A stretch of 64,000 nucleotides of DNA. Origin: Lingula anatina (Eukaryota; Animalia; Brachiopoda). Location of the stretch: NCBI GenBank assembly GCA_051362555.1, contig CM120643.1, forward strand, positions 23,130,848 to 23,194,847, read 5' to 3'. Below the pieces are notes generated by a model that saw only the letters and a list, made by a program, of their open reading frames with translations, ran no database searches and was not told where the DNA came from. A program made the position numbers and the translations under genes. This document shows positions 25,059 to 39,600 of the stretch, in pieces (positions within the stretch are counted from its first letter, which is position 1; the number at the start of each line of letters is the position of its first letter).

Positions 25059-26374
25059 GTTATATCTGTTACTGGCCTCTTCTCAAGAATATTTTAGTTT
25101 CTTTAGAGGTCAAGATGGCCCTAATATGAGGGTGCTTATAATTAAGCACATTCGTTCAATAACTGTAGGTTTCTGATAGGGGCTTATTTAAATGGCGTTT
25201 CTTACCTGCTTCCGTGTATCTCTGTCCTGTGGCCCTTGACACAACTTAATCCCTGATCCTCCAAACACTCTTGTACCTATTTAGAACATAATTATCTTTA
25301 ATATGGAATAAATACACCGGACCGTCATCATTTCTCAATCAACTCATGATCGAACATTTCAATCATCAAGATCCCTCGTATAACAGCGTTGCCAATGAAG
25401 ACTATTTTGAAATAAACTATCAGGGTATATCGATCAGTATCACTCTAGTGTCCGTAGTACTACAGCGTTTGAATGAAATCACAGCAAGTAGCTTATACAT
25501 TCCTTAATAATGGATAGCCTATTTACAAACAGCGCCCGGCGTCCTTGTTGCCAAGTGTCCATTGTGTGAGCAGGCTCACAGATACAGTGAGGTTTGAGTA
25601 ATAGCGTAATTCAGCGCGTACTTTCAATACCGGGTCAACAATAAACAGCATGTTGTTGACTTAATGAAGGTAAGGTGAGAAATCAGAAGCGCTTAATTCT
25701 CCTGTTACATGAAATCTCATTGTGAAATGTAAAGGCGGTGTTTATATTGGGATCTGTGTAGGGTCGGGATAGAAATAGAACAACCGCAATCAAAACAATA
25801 ATTCTATGGACTTAACTGACAGAGAAATTTGTTTATAAAGGTTAACGTTGATAAAAGTTAAAATGACAGATTTAAATTAAAAATACTAGGCGCCCATATT
25901 TAGAACTGTCGAAGGCTATAGATCTATTCTATAATTTCACTGACTATGGAAAATAATGATTACAACAGTTTTTTAAAGTAAAGACAAGTGGTCTAAATCA
26001 ACGTTCTTTGATCATGCTTATTTTAACATATCAAAATATGTAAAAAGCATAATATTTCGAAAAAAATGCGAAAGATTAAAGAAAGAAAGAAAGAAAAAAA
26101 AAACACAACTGATATTGTACAAATTGAAGGTTATCCTTTCAAGTTATTTAAGTTTATTTCAAGTTTATAACAGTAAAAACTCCAACAAGCACATCATTTT
26201 TCATCAAATCACTCTCTTTTTTAAATTAATAATTAACAACGGAAATAAGAATCTTACCCCCCCCCCTTAATAAACGCGCTTATTTATTTATCTTTTGTCA
26301 AAATACAAAGTTTTGTTATTAATTCATTTTAAATTTGTAGGAGAACCAATTTAAAATGTTTCCACTAGGAAATC

Positions 26375-26535
26375 CAGGCCCGTAGCCAGCAATTTCAAAA
26401 GGGGGGTTCTTTTTCTAGAAAAGTGGACCTTTTTCTATAAAAACTTCATGTACCTAGATCAAATTTTACCCAAAGTGGACCAGCAAAAAGGGCGGTTCTT
26501 TCGAACCCCCCGAACCCCCCCTGGCTACGGGCCTG
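26375..26535. mobile_element. 161-bp MITE with perfect 15-bp TIRs and 5-bp TSD
   Basis: caggcccgtagccag ... ctggctacgggcctg flanked by AAATC on both sides (26370-26374, 26536-26540). Confidence 0.85.
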
Positions 26536-26699
26536 AAATCATAGTATCATTTTGACCAGCCTAAATGCTTTGTAGTGACTTCCAGGAGTCTGACAAGACC
26601 ATCGCATTTAAAATACAAAGAATTGAATCGTAGTATCGTCTTGGCCAGGCCAACAGACACATCGAGGGCAAGTTCTACCGTTTTCACGATAGCAACTCC

Positions 26700-26871
26700 A
26701 AAATGGCGGAACGTAAACACGAGCAAGTTTGGAAAAAATTTCTAGTTAGTTAAGGCATGCAAGGTTTGGGAGAGGCTGTCGAATTGTTTAGAATTCACGT
26801 CTCACTTTCTTTGCATCATTTGCAATGAAGATGTGCTTAAAGAAAATTGCATGAGTATTTAAATCGCACAG
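26700..26871 (+). promoter_or_regulatory. Probable TSS region and first non-coding exon of TBC1D32
   Basis: YY1-type CAAAATGGCGG at 26700-26710 and donor cacag|gtaagg at 26871/26872; acceptor ttgcag at 27235 just before the ATG at 27254. Confidence 0.55.
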
Positions 26872-27253
26872 GTAAGGAACTCTTTGTTGCAGTTACTGAA
26901 TCTGGTGGATGCAGTTGCTTGTACTTGTAAAGTGAGCGAACATCACGCGATTTTAGTAAAATAACAAAGTTCTTTAAACGGCGTTTTGAGTGATACGATG
27001 TTTTTGATGATTATGAAAGGTGGTTTATCCACTGCATAACGATATATAGTGCATATTTCTAGAAAACTTCTTGTCATCATTATCAATCATTATCCTCTGC
27101 GGCGCAGCCAAGCAGATTTAGAAGTCGTAGTTGAAGTCTTCTTCTTTTTCTTCTTCTTCTTCTTGTTCTTCTTGCCTTTTGGAAATGAGCAATTCCCAGC
27201 ACAGGTTGTGCATACAATACTTGTTCTCATTGCAGTTTCAAAGCCAACCAATC

Positions 27254-30200
27254 ATGGACCAGGAGACATTGTGTCAAGATATTCGGCAGCTGCTGATCAG
27301 CTGTGAGCCCAGGATCCGCGCGGCCACCTCTCTGGAGCAAGTAGAGGACATGATGAGGCACCTGGAAGAACAGGACGAAAATTTTCACAAGTTGGTTACT
27401 CGCTTTGGTAGAAAATTCAACCATCAAAATGAGGAATTTTTTTTTGTTGTTTTTTAGGGGAGGGCAGTGTAGAATTAGGAAATTGTTTTTGATAATATTT
27501 TTTGGTAATTTAAGCAGTCATTTTATGTCAATTTCAATGTAAGATTTTAAAAAGCTGATCACCTTATTAGGAGTAGTTCATTGGTATATTTTAAAGAAAC
27601 TGAAAACATTCATGAAATATTTAAAAAAATTTGCTTATTTTTTATCAAACCACGCGTGCCAAGATATTATTATAACATGTCATTAATTTATGCAGGTACC
27701 CTTTTGTGCGCACTATCAAAGGCAAGTTAGATGAGTACCTGGGAAACCTAATCGATGAAGAACTGGAGAAACATTCTCAGGGTCTGGATGACACTGCTCT
27801 CTCAGACCAAGAAACCATGGTGTCTGTGATCACAGAAAAGGTCATCAACTCCAAGGAGTTTGGCTCGCTTTCAAAACTTTTACGTCAAAAAGTTGGCGAG
27901 GCAGTGGACACACTGATGTCCAATTTCGAGGAGGAGTTTGGTCTGGGACAGAGGAGCATGTCAGGGGAGGAGAAACATCAGAGGAGGCATTACTTGTTTA
28001 GTGACGGGGACTCCTCCTTTGGGAGCTCATTTAATCAGGTGAGATAAAATTTAATGTTTAAGGTAAATGTGAAGACAAATGTGAAAATAAATGTTGTATT
28101 ATTAAGTACTGGAAACCTGTGATAAATAGTGTATCAAATAGAATTTGACCCTACAGAAACTGTTTTATAAAGACTTTTTGGTATAAGCTAGCATCAAATC
28201 CAAAAGGTAGAGGAACAATATTATCTTATTTCCTACATTGCAGGGAATTATGTTTTTAAATGAAGAGAAAGGCCAGGAATTAGCTGAAAATTTAGATAAA
28301 AGAAACCCACTGGAGGTAGGTACAGGTATATTGTAATTACAGAATTCAGATTAAACATTCACCAACTAACCAGATACATATCAGAACATTGAAGCACCTG
28401 AATTGGTTTTATCGTTTTTTTCCCTCTTTTGAGTATTTTTTAAAATTTACCTTTTTACTGAAATTTTGATATTTTTACAGCCTTAATTTGTGTTCTTATT
28501 CTGTGCCAGACTCGTCGGTCAGCCCTGCAGACATTACTCCAGAATCCGTCCACTGAGGCCACGCAATCTGACCAGCTGTGGAGTGCCCTCAGGAAGGGAC
28601 TGCTGGATGCACTCTCTGACATGGACCAGGATCTACTGGTGTGTATGTGTGTCATTGAGAGAGTGTGTTTGGGGAGAGAGAGAGAAAGTTAGTGAGTGAG
28701 GATGTCTACCGGTGTGTCCTTATGTGTGTGTGTTTATATCTTTGTTTATATTTAAATGTAGCTAAATCACGTATACAGCAGGCCCATCTTAGATCTGATA
28801 AGCAGCTTTATACCTGACTGTGGATTTGTAGGCACTTATATAGTTCAGTTTTACAACCAGATTTAATTTAATGGAATAATTTCTCTACAGAGCATGTAAT
28901 TATGATATACTATTCATATTTCTCTTCAAAGGAAACCACAGTGGGACCACTATAAATCACACATTGACTTTGGCAAACTGAAACCCAGGATTTCTATAAT
29001 TGCATAATTATATTCCTTTGAGCACACTTGTGTTTATTTTTTATATGAGGATGTCTTGCTAATTATATTTTCATGTGTCTTAAGTAATTCTTTCTTTTCC
29101 AGAATAAAGGCCTAAAATTTGTTGCCAGAAATTTGAATTCTACCCCCCATGTGATGAAAGATGTGTATGCTTTGCTTAGTAAGTTTGAATCATTTTGCAC
29201 ATTTCTCTTTGCAAATTTCAAAGTGAAAATGATTAAATAACTTATTTTTTTTATTATTTAGTACTTAAAATATAGAAAAAAAACAAAATTAAAAATTTTG
29301 TAAATATCTCTTCAAATTAAAAGAATAAGTATTTATTCTGAAAATTTCAAAATTCCAATGAGTACAACACAGTTGTCAAGAATATTTTTATGCTGCCTCA
29401 CATTGTTGACATGTTATTATTTCAGCTGAGCACTTGATGACACAGTTCCAGTCCAGAAACAGTCCTGTGCCTAAAATAAAACATGGCTTGGACTGCAGGA
29501 AGCAGGAAAATATTGCTCTCCTCAAGGCAGTAAGTTCAGCTTCTGTCCATTATTATTATATTTAAAAGAATCTGTGCTGATGACATATTACCCATATATT
29601 TTACATACACTGTTTCCTGTTTTTTTTATGCCACTTGTCATATTACAGTAAAAATACTGTCCTAATCCTCAACTGTTAAGCTGAATGGTTATCATAAATA
29701 CATATGTGGAAGTGGAATGGAGTGGAAGTCTACAGACTGCTGACAAGGCTGCCTGCATACATTTACCTTCAGTATGTCCAGTCAGTGACATACTGTCCTG
29801 GTAGCAGGCAATGACAGTAACTGTCAGTTGTTTTAGGAAGCCTGCATTGAAGAGTGTGCAGACTTTTAAAGGCCAACTGTTACACTTCTAGATATCTTTC
29901 TAATTATCAGAAATTGTGGTCACTGTACAAAATTACAATTGCCCAATTAAATATACAATTGCCCAAAGACATTAATCTGTCTTTACTGTGTGAAGGTTTT
30001 TTTTGAAAATGTTTTCTTGCCACCATTTATAAAAATACACAGTGATGTGTATTTTATACATAAATTACAGGCATTGTATTTTCAATTTTTTTCTCTGTCA
30101 AAACCTGCTTGTAAAATTTTTCATGGGAGTCATCTATTGAATATTACAAAATGAATTTCTTATACTAATAATTATATTCCAGAATATTCTGCATTCTAAT

Positions 30201-30573
30201 AAATTTTTTTATGTCAATCAATGAATTAATCAATCAGTTTTGTTTTGTATTTCCAGTTCCGCCTGATGAATGAGTTCCAGAACCAGATCTGTGTGTTCTG
30301 GATCAGGTACTCAGACAGGTTCTTGGAGAGTCTGGTGGAGAGTACCCTCTCCCTGCTGGCCATCAGTTACTCTGCACCTGTGGGAGGGGCAGTGCAGATG
30401 ACCCCTGTCCACTTCCTGGCCTTACTGGACCCTAAAGCAAGCTGGTTTACCAAGTGGATGGTGAGGAGATAGAGTGGAATATTTAATATGGCTTAGTTGT
30501 GGTTAGGTACCTTAACAAACTGTACCTCAATAAGTTTCATTATACACATGTGTGTAAGTGTGTGTGTTTATGT

Positions 30574-30625
<52 letters not shown>

Positions 30626-33600
30626 ACAGTAAATCATGAATCTACTCAATGTGCACATTAGTTATTAATAAGTTAAATATATGTATATATCATCATTATA
30701 TGATCATAGTCAATTTTGAATGATCGGAAGTATGAGAAACATTAGAATTTCACATAAAGTCATACAAGACATGTTTAAGATCTGAATTCATCTGCCTGCT
30801 GTTTATAAACTACATGCTTAACTGTGGCATGTTGTGAAGACAACAGGCAGAAATAGTAAACACCAGTTGTTTTAGGAAGTCTGCATTGGAGTTTGTGCAG
30901 ACTTTTAAAGGCCAGCTGGGACAAATAATGTGCATATTTATATATGTTTAACACAAAATAATGTAAAACAACCAAATGCATAAGACTTTATTTTGGCATT
31001 AAATCATGATTTTAGCCAAATAGCTTTAAAATACAAAATGGTTATGCTGGAAATGTTAAGCACTTATTTTGTATGCTCATTGCATAGCACAATTTTTTTG
31101 ATATATTTTAATTATTCAGAAACAATTTCAAAACAACTCTTTAATTCTTAATAAAAAAATATTTTTCAGTAGTCAGTAAAGTTGTATACATATGCCAGTG
31201 TAAACAGCAATTTGTAATTTAATGTGACAAAAGGAGTTTACATGCCTAGGAGCCAATTTGAATGTTATGAAGATTTTCAGTTTATATTCTCGTGTTGTTT
31301 CTTTCCAGCATGGAGGCTTCAGTCGCATACATGTCCTGAGTGGACTGGAAAAACATAGGAAAATTGTAAGTGCTGCAATAGATTCTTAATATTTACAATG
31401 TTAAGAGTGATTGTTTTTTTTTCCCCCAAGTTCATAAATTTATGCATAATCATGCCTGATCATGGTTTCCTGAACAATGATGTGATGAGAATATGACTGT
31501 TGCTTGATATTTTAAAAAGGATAAGAATCGTAAAACTAGAGAAAATGAAAAATTTATTTCACACTTTGGATTTTTTTTTGTCTTTTTGTATTGATCTGGG
31601 GAAAACCTTTTCTTTGTTGATCTTCAAATTATAATTTTGAAATGTTTTTTTTTTAGGTGGACATTGCAGTGCGGCAGTGTATGGAGTTTGCTTCAGCCAG
31701 AAAAATTCCTCTTGATCTGCTGAGTGATATATCAGATGCTCTGTCTAGAGAGTCCTTCAGTGAGTATCTCATAGTAAGAGTGTCATTTGATCAAGTGATA
31801 TAATTATTTAACACAGAAGTTTGTATATGTAGGTTCTCTTCATTGTTTAAAAGTATTTGCTTATTATTGTTTGTTATTAAAATTGAACTCAGAATTGTAG
31901 TATATATATCACGTCTCAAACATTTTATCATGTTAGAAACAGTTATCTATATAGTACTTTTCTCTACCAGTTTATTTGAAGTTCTTTGTTTCATCTTTAA
32001 TGGGCGCGGGAAGCTTATATTGTACATAACAGAATTATATTATATACATATATGAAAGCACATCCTCTCTATAATCAATATACATATATCTTCCTATCCC
32101 CCAGGTGATGCCCAGAGAATGCACTATGTAGGACCAGAACTAGAGTACATTCATTTCATGCATTCCATGCACTTGGTGGGCAAACTACTGCAACATTCCA
32201 AGGGAAGGGATTTCTTTCCTGTTCGACTAAAAGACAGAGAAGGTAAGGTCACAGGTGAAGGCCAGCCCTAGAAGTAAGCCAGCAAGACAACAGTTTGAAA
32301 TGTGATGAAATAGGTTTTTTCATTTTTTTTTTTACTCACTTGAAAAATGATTTTATACTTATGTAACATGAAGTAAGAATAATATCTTACTTTTCTTATT
32401 CATTGGTATTAGGATGATATTATTTCAGACAGTAGGCTAATTTCTACCTTTTGGAAACCTGTGAATATTTTTACTGATATTACCCAACTCAACATTAAAA
32501 TATTTTCAATATAATTGTGGTTAGTTAGTTTGTGTGATGGATAATTGATCAGATTTAGTGAAATTTTAATGATCAAAGTATAATTATGAAGCTGCATTTT
32601 GAATTGTTTTTGCTTAGAATTAATGTCCTGTCACTGTGACTAGTTCTCTCGCTTAACTTTTACTTTAACATTCAACATGGGTAAGTAACAAAACCTGCCT
32701 GCTTCCCTCTAAATGATGTTTTCAGAGCCAGTGTCAGTGACTGAGCTGTTGGTGACTATGATTCATCTTATAAGTGATCCTAGCTGTCTCACCTATCACA
32801 AGCCCAGTGCAGGTATGTGTACTTAAAAGAACTTATGCCAGGACCTTTCTATAAAATATGCACTTTTGATAATAGATAATCTACTTTTAATAGGATTATT
32901 CCTAAAAAGATTGTTAAATTTGTTTAATGATTTGCTGAGAATAATTGTAATAATTTTCTCATAAATTTGATTTTACCTTTTAGCCTTCTAGGTCAGTCAA
33001 AAGAATATTCTGTTTTTCTTGTATTAGTAATTGTTCCACCAGTTGTTAATTCTACAGTATATTTTATGTGATATGTTGAAGATAAATTAGTACATTAAGT
33101 AGTTTTTGTGTAATTTTGTGTTTGGTCCTCTTGTAGCCTAAAGTTACTGCAAGTATGATGCTTGGATGAGAAGTATGATAAGAGGATGCTTGTCTATAAT
33201 TGTGTTCTCTACTTCACTCCAATATATATTCCAATATATATTCCGTTATATGTATATTATAATTGGTATTCCAGTGGCCTATGACCCTGGTGTATTGGCT
33301 GCAGACATGCTGAAGAAGCTGTGTATCTCAGAGGACATCTGTCAGATCTGTATGTGTAAAGATGACATCATCAATACTCTATTGACACCCATCACACACT
33401 GGCTGGATGACTCCATGGTACGTGGGACAGCCTGAGAAGTTAGAGGCATACCTTTATACAGCAAATAGTAATAATAGTGATTCTCCTGGAAATTTCGGAA
33501 GTTTTCTCTTTAATATCAAACTATATCCTATCCAAAAGCCATGAGAATATTATGATGTTTAAACCCTATTCCTAAGTTTTAAATTCCCTTATTCTTACCT

Positions 33601-36600
33601 TAAGAAATTAAATTTCCATTTCCCTTACCAGTTGTGTATATGCCCTTTTACTGATTCAACCAGAGATATGTCATTGGTGAAAATCATAATGGTGGTCCCA
33701 CGGATTTATTTCAGGAGCATGATATAAACCAAGCGACAGAGGTGACCTACCTGCACATAGCAGACATCTTGGCTGCCCTGGCCTCCACCAGTAGAGGGCG
33801 CCAGCATCTGCTGTATGGAGAGAGACAGGAGAGGTTTACCAGGTCAAAGTAAGAATTTTGTGATTTTTTTTCTTTTGAAGAAGAAATTGTCAAATGCAGA
33901 CTTCAGTTTGAAAGAGTAAGAAGACAGTTTGGTGATTGATCTCATTTGTTTTCCAAAGTAACGGAACTTGATGAAGAAGATGCATAATATATTTATTAAT
34001 ATATACTCTATGAATCAATAAGTCCCATACAATTCATTTAAAGGGACAAAAAATAGGATTAAAAACGCCTTTTTAGTGCATGGATTGCTTCTTTTTTAAC
34101 TTATCTGAGAACAATTGCTATGGGTAAAGCATAAAATGGCAGGTAAATGGCCTCAATCAATATCGAAAAAAAGAATCATATTCACCGTCCACTTTCGAAC
34201 CCCGGGCGTCAGCCATCTTGACACAGTTTGAAATAACGCGGCTTCTCGACTCAGATACGAGATGTAAACAATGCAGACAGCATGTCGTTTCGAAGGTGAG
34301 CGTGGACGTGAAGGAGAAGAGGAATTGCTCACCGAATCTTTGCAGGTAAGCGAGTTATATTTACCAAAAGTACTTTAAAATGGGAAGATGGCAGTGGAAA
34401 TCAAAATGTCTGGCAGAGGAAGTTAAAAAGCGTAGATAACTGCTAATAATTAACGTTTCCTCGGGTAACGCACTCGCAGCCAAATCACTCGCACTGGGTA
34501 CGTACTACTAGTTATATGAAGCGAGATAGTGCACTTTACCCCTGAGGTGTATAGTTCTGTAAAGCAGGAGGAATACCCTTTTCTGCTCAATGTGGTCATC
34601 TACCAGTACTTACAGACTAACCTCACACCATATTCTCGCAGGGGAATCCCATGAGATATACAATGTAACTCGAGTACTAGTGGGGTTAGAGGGTGTTCTT
34701 TGTACGGCACGTAACTACGTTAGCTTATTTGTAAATTTAATAATATTGTCAATGAATATGATTATAAGGAATGATTTTTTAGCCTTTCAGAGGAGGAATT
34801 GGGTGATACACCCCTTCAAGCACGAGTGAAGAGATCAGGTATGTTAATAATTTTAGCAGTATAACATGGGCGGATCCAGGATTATTTGAAAGGGGGGGGG
34901 GGGTCCGCGGATGCAAAGCCGCCCCCCCCTAGTTGGCGTGGGGTCCTGGGCCTGCTTAAAACTTTGGTATTTTAGAGGGTGAACAGTGCCATTTGGTACG
35001 GTTTAGCACTTTACTGTAGTAAATTAGCTAGTCAAAATTCTAATTCCAAGTGGGGAATATTAGTGTGATTTTTTTACATCAGTTCTTTGAAACCATGTGT
35101 GATTATGTTATTTCTTCTTGTGGCCTTTATGATTTAATGCAGCTGCAGATATTTAAATTTAATTTTTTTTTTTTTTTTTTTTTGCCATAATCAGACTTGC
35201 TTCTTTATAATAAGCTGGTTATCATGTAGTGATCATGCCCTCTAATTTGTTGATTTTTGTTAAAGAATAGTGCTGTTATGATAATATCAATACATTTTTT
35301 TCTTTATAACCATTTTATGTAATTTTACTATTACAGTGCCTCAAGTTATGTCTGGAAAACTCATACCAGGAAGCACTCCAATCTTACAATACTGCATCAC
35401 TTCAATGTCGGTGTGACAAGTTGTGTAAAAGACTGCTACAAAAAATTTGCAGCGATGACTACATGATCCACCACCTTTTACCAAAACTGAGTGAACAGTT
35501 TTATATTATAATGCCCATGTACATGTATTTAAAGTGACAAGACTAAGATCAGCGAGAGCCTCAAGGCCTTTATTTTCTGTGCATTGTCAACTCTTCAATA
35601 ATTTTATAATTTTGTCAAATACATCCAAAGATTCAATTCTAATGCAATACTTGAAAACTTTTTTAGAATATATTTTAATGTCGAACATGTTTTTCTAAGA
35701 ACTAGCCCTTTAGTAAATTAACATGTACTATCCAACTGTTATTATTAATTAACATATTGTTATGTACAAAGCATAAGCTGCAGTATCAATGAAGCATTAA
35801 CTGGGTAGAGATTATGAATGAAATAAAAGTTTAAATATTGAAACATCTTTTATTTATATTTGGCAAAAATACAAGAATAAACAAAGTTTGCTACATAAGT
35901 TTGGAATTTGGCCAAATCATCTTTATTATTACCTGTCACATGTAATGAATAAGACATACACAGATTCTGTAAGCTAGAATGCATAATTATTTTCATACTC
36001 ATTAATGCCATCTTCATAAATAAGCCTTCTATTCAAGCATTCACAAACTTTCACATTGTGCAGTACACATTATAGTATGATAACATTTTTGAGAGAGACT
36101 TATTAATAGCCAGGCTATCATGTTAAGAGTCTGATGTACATGCAGACCCATGAGGATTGCAGATCAACAAATTATCCCCCTCTCTGTCAGTGTATTGACT
36201 CATGTGAGCTGTCTCCATGCAAAGGGATGTGTCATAAGAAAGGACCAACCCAACTTACACAAACATAAATTGTTTCATCAGTAAGATATTCACACATACT
36301 TTTCCAAGATGTGCAGGGAATAAATAGAAAGGTATAAATATTTCTTTTAAAAATACAGGCATAGCTTCCCTGCATGAATTCTAAATAATGGCTGAGTGGA
36401 GAATTGAATACAGGCACAAGTGTTCACTCAAACCATTTTTGTAGGTCTTAAAAGAAATGATATGCAGTCATTTGCCAAATACAGAATTTTATGCTGTAAC
36501 AAAGTTACGAAACTGCAACTGGTGATCTTACAAAATCTAACAACACACTGGTTTAAAATCAAGTTGAAATCACAATATGCCACCAGTACCATATTCCATA

Positions 36601-39600
36601 ATACATTTGATGTCATTTAGATTTAAGAAGTAAATGCTGGACCAAAATGGTTTATTCTCAATATCAGGCATATGACTTAGGTTTTGGGAGGAAAGACCAC
36701 CTTGATTTCCAATCTGTCTGCATTATAGCATACATGTAAGTGCTAGATGGTTTGAAGTCAGCAGATTATGCTTTGTCACATTGGCAAGATGAGTTCACTG
36801 AATATATCCTGTAAGCAGCACTCGAAAGTCAGGAAAAGTCTCTCACTATCCAACTCGTCCCCGCTTTAGACCCTCAAGAAAAGTTCATCTTTTTTTGGTG
36901 GAGAGCCATGGAGTTCCTCTTCCATGTAAAAAAACTCTTCTTCAGGACATCATACTGGCAGTTGCTCATAACCTTTAGGTCTAAAAAAGCAAATCAAAAT
37001 AATAATAATAATAATTTATTAAGATTGCAACCCAGTGGGTTGAAGTTGTACATAGTGTTAAGAAAATTATAATGAAAATAAAGTGAATATTTGCTTGAAT
37101 AAAACTGAGTTAAAAGACTGCTAATTGAACTTTAAAATTATTGTACTTAGGATAAAAGACAACATAATACTATTGGAAATTTAAAAGTGCATACGAAATA
37201 AAAGAGCATCAGAATCTGTCGGTTTTAAATTGTGGCACTTTGTTACTATTGTTTGATCTTAAAAGACGATTGGATTGATCAATAAAGATGTGATTCAGTT
37301 TGTCAGAGGATTCGGTTATTGTGTAAAAGAAAGTTTTGCACAGATCTCTTCGTTTATCTAAAGTACACATATGCCAGGTTCAGGGTTTCATCATAGTATA
37401 GGTCAGGGAAAATAATCTTCAAAGCACGAGTTTGGTCAGTCTCTTAGAGTTTGCATTGCTCTATAGTTAGTCCTGGATGCCACACAGGGCAGGCATATTC
37501 TAGAATTGAGTGCACAATACTTTGGTAAAGCTTAGCTCGTTTCAGTTGACGGAGGAAATAGAGTCTTGCATTATGTTTACATTATGTGTCGCCAATTTGG
37601 AAAAAAAAATTGATAAAAGAGAAATCATGCACCTATATGCCTAATATATGAGGAGTGAATATCAGCTTATTAAAATTCTGCTTACTCTAAAGACATGTTT
37701 TAGTCCCATGTTGGATCATCAGGATTCTTTAATTCCCTCTTCTTCAGCATCTTCCTCCTCTTCCATCTGCACTTCTTCCAGTTCAGGCATACCATAGGAA
37801 AAAGTTACCTTGATACTGCAACCAAAAAAAAAAAAAAAGCAACAGTACATAAAATAAGATAATCGAGTTTGAGGAAAATTATGTAAAAACATAACTGAAA
37901 TAAGTATAAAACTCAACTGAAATAAGTATAAATGCCATTTTTCTCAATATGATCACCTTAAATTATCTAGACTGTCATCTTCAACTGCACTAGTATTAAC
38001 TACAACTTAATATTGAAGTTTCTTGATCACTTCATATTGGTTTAATCTCCGAAATACTGGTTGGAAGTTAAAATTGTATGATCTAAATTATTACTCTGGA
38101 CTATTTAATACATTAGAGAGATGTACCAAACATAAACATGCAATATCCCCTTTCTGATTTATTTATTTTTAATGTACAGTAAAAAGGAGACAAATTGTCT
38201 TTAAAATATAAAATCAAAATACTACTATTTATTTTCACTTATAGTTGACATGCCATTTAACATTGGGTTAAACTTGGATACAATAACAGCTTCTGCACAT
38301 TCATTTTGGGATTTAGATGCCTAAAGAAATAGCATCTTTGTCATATGTCTTAATTACTGTGGTATGCCTAGATGTTAGAGGCACAAGAAATGTGCCCTCG
38401 GTAAGTCAAAAATTCGCCCTGGTCATTGTAATGTATATGTAATGAGACTAGTAACTCCCACCATGTCCGTTTTTATTTAAACTTTCTTTGCTCTATAAAC
38501 TAACCCAAACCCTGTCAGAGTCGACATATGAGCAACACTTGCAATTTCTGTCATCGATACCACTCATATTAGTTACAATTTCATGGCATATTTTGACAGA
38601 CGAGCCTGACAATCGTTAAGATATACAACGAACACACGTAAATAAACATAAATCTCTGTGCTTAATAAATATTTTCACTGGTGTCTTATCTCAAAGATTA
38701 TTGTAAATGGTACTCACAAATCCAGTAAATACTTCGCGGCCAGGCCATTCTTCGTATCCATGGCCACCCAAGCAGGTTTTCATCTGCCTTCTTCCTCGCC
38801 GGTGTTTATTGTTTGCCTGTCGTACATTTGCTGATACACTGTTTTACGCATGTTTTTTGTAAAGGCTGTTTCTTTTTTCTTTTTGTTATCTGTCTTCGCT
38901 TCTTCAAAGGACTCCCAGCATAACTGAGCCTCCTGTTTCACGTTGTCCTTTCCCGGCAGCTTGAACTGGTTTTAACTAGGTCGCAATACGAGAATCTCGC
39001 GAGATCCGGAAGTCTAGAGAGCTCAATTATGAAAATGGAGGTGGTTGTTGGTAAACCTCCGCTTAAGCGGAGGTTTTCTTTTTATTGTATTTTCCAAAAA
39101 TGTTACAGAGCGATGGCGAGTGCCGGGAATGATAGATTAAAGGTTGGTAAATCGCGGAAAAGTAGTGTTAACCTCGGGATAAATCAGGATAAATCAATTT
39201 TGGCGCGAAAATCCTCTTTTGTGTCCTTTTAACATTTAATTTCAACATTTACCTTTTTCCAGATCCTCAGCAGCTCACATAATTGCAGAATTTGTCAAAA
39301 AAGCAATCAATGGAATCCTGCCAAATGACAGTGCTCCTCCTCCGTCCAATAAAGTTATAGGGGCATTCACCTACATCTGCAGGCAGCTGTATAATACATG
39401 TGAGGGCCTCTTAGTCATGTATTCTTATGACCTACACATGACAATTGCTGCGGCTCACAGGCAGGTGAGTAACTTATACATGTGTGGACCCCATATACAT
39501 GTTAATGCACCTATAGACAGGTGAATAAAGTAACTTCTCGTGAACACAGTTAGTTTGTATACTGGCATGGCTGTCAAATTGCAATTAAATGTTTGTATTA

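Larger units (their letters stand above)
34042..39228. mobile_element. Decayed ~5.2-kb Kolobok-type DNA transposon in a TBC1D32 intron
   Basis: TTAA at 34038-34041 and 39229-39232. 19-bp TIRs agggacaaaaaataggatt / aaggacacaaaagaggatt match at 16/19. Convergent disrupted spliced ORF remnants lie inside. Confidence 0.78.

Noticed and set aside
29521-29535. Possible GC-AG donor in TBC1D32 (AAG|gcagt)
   Set aside because: A canonical GT donor 3 nt downstream (GCA|gtaagt) keeps the frame into FRLMNEFQ
29825-30920. ~55-bp sequence shared by two TBC1D32 introns
   Set aside because: Most likely fragments of a dispersed repeat; no evidence of a snoRNA box or other function
34042-39228. KolobokP-type long terminal direct repeats
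   Set aside because: The two ends share only short inverted repeats; no several-hundred-bp direct repeat was seen
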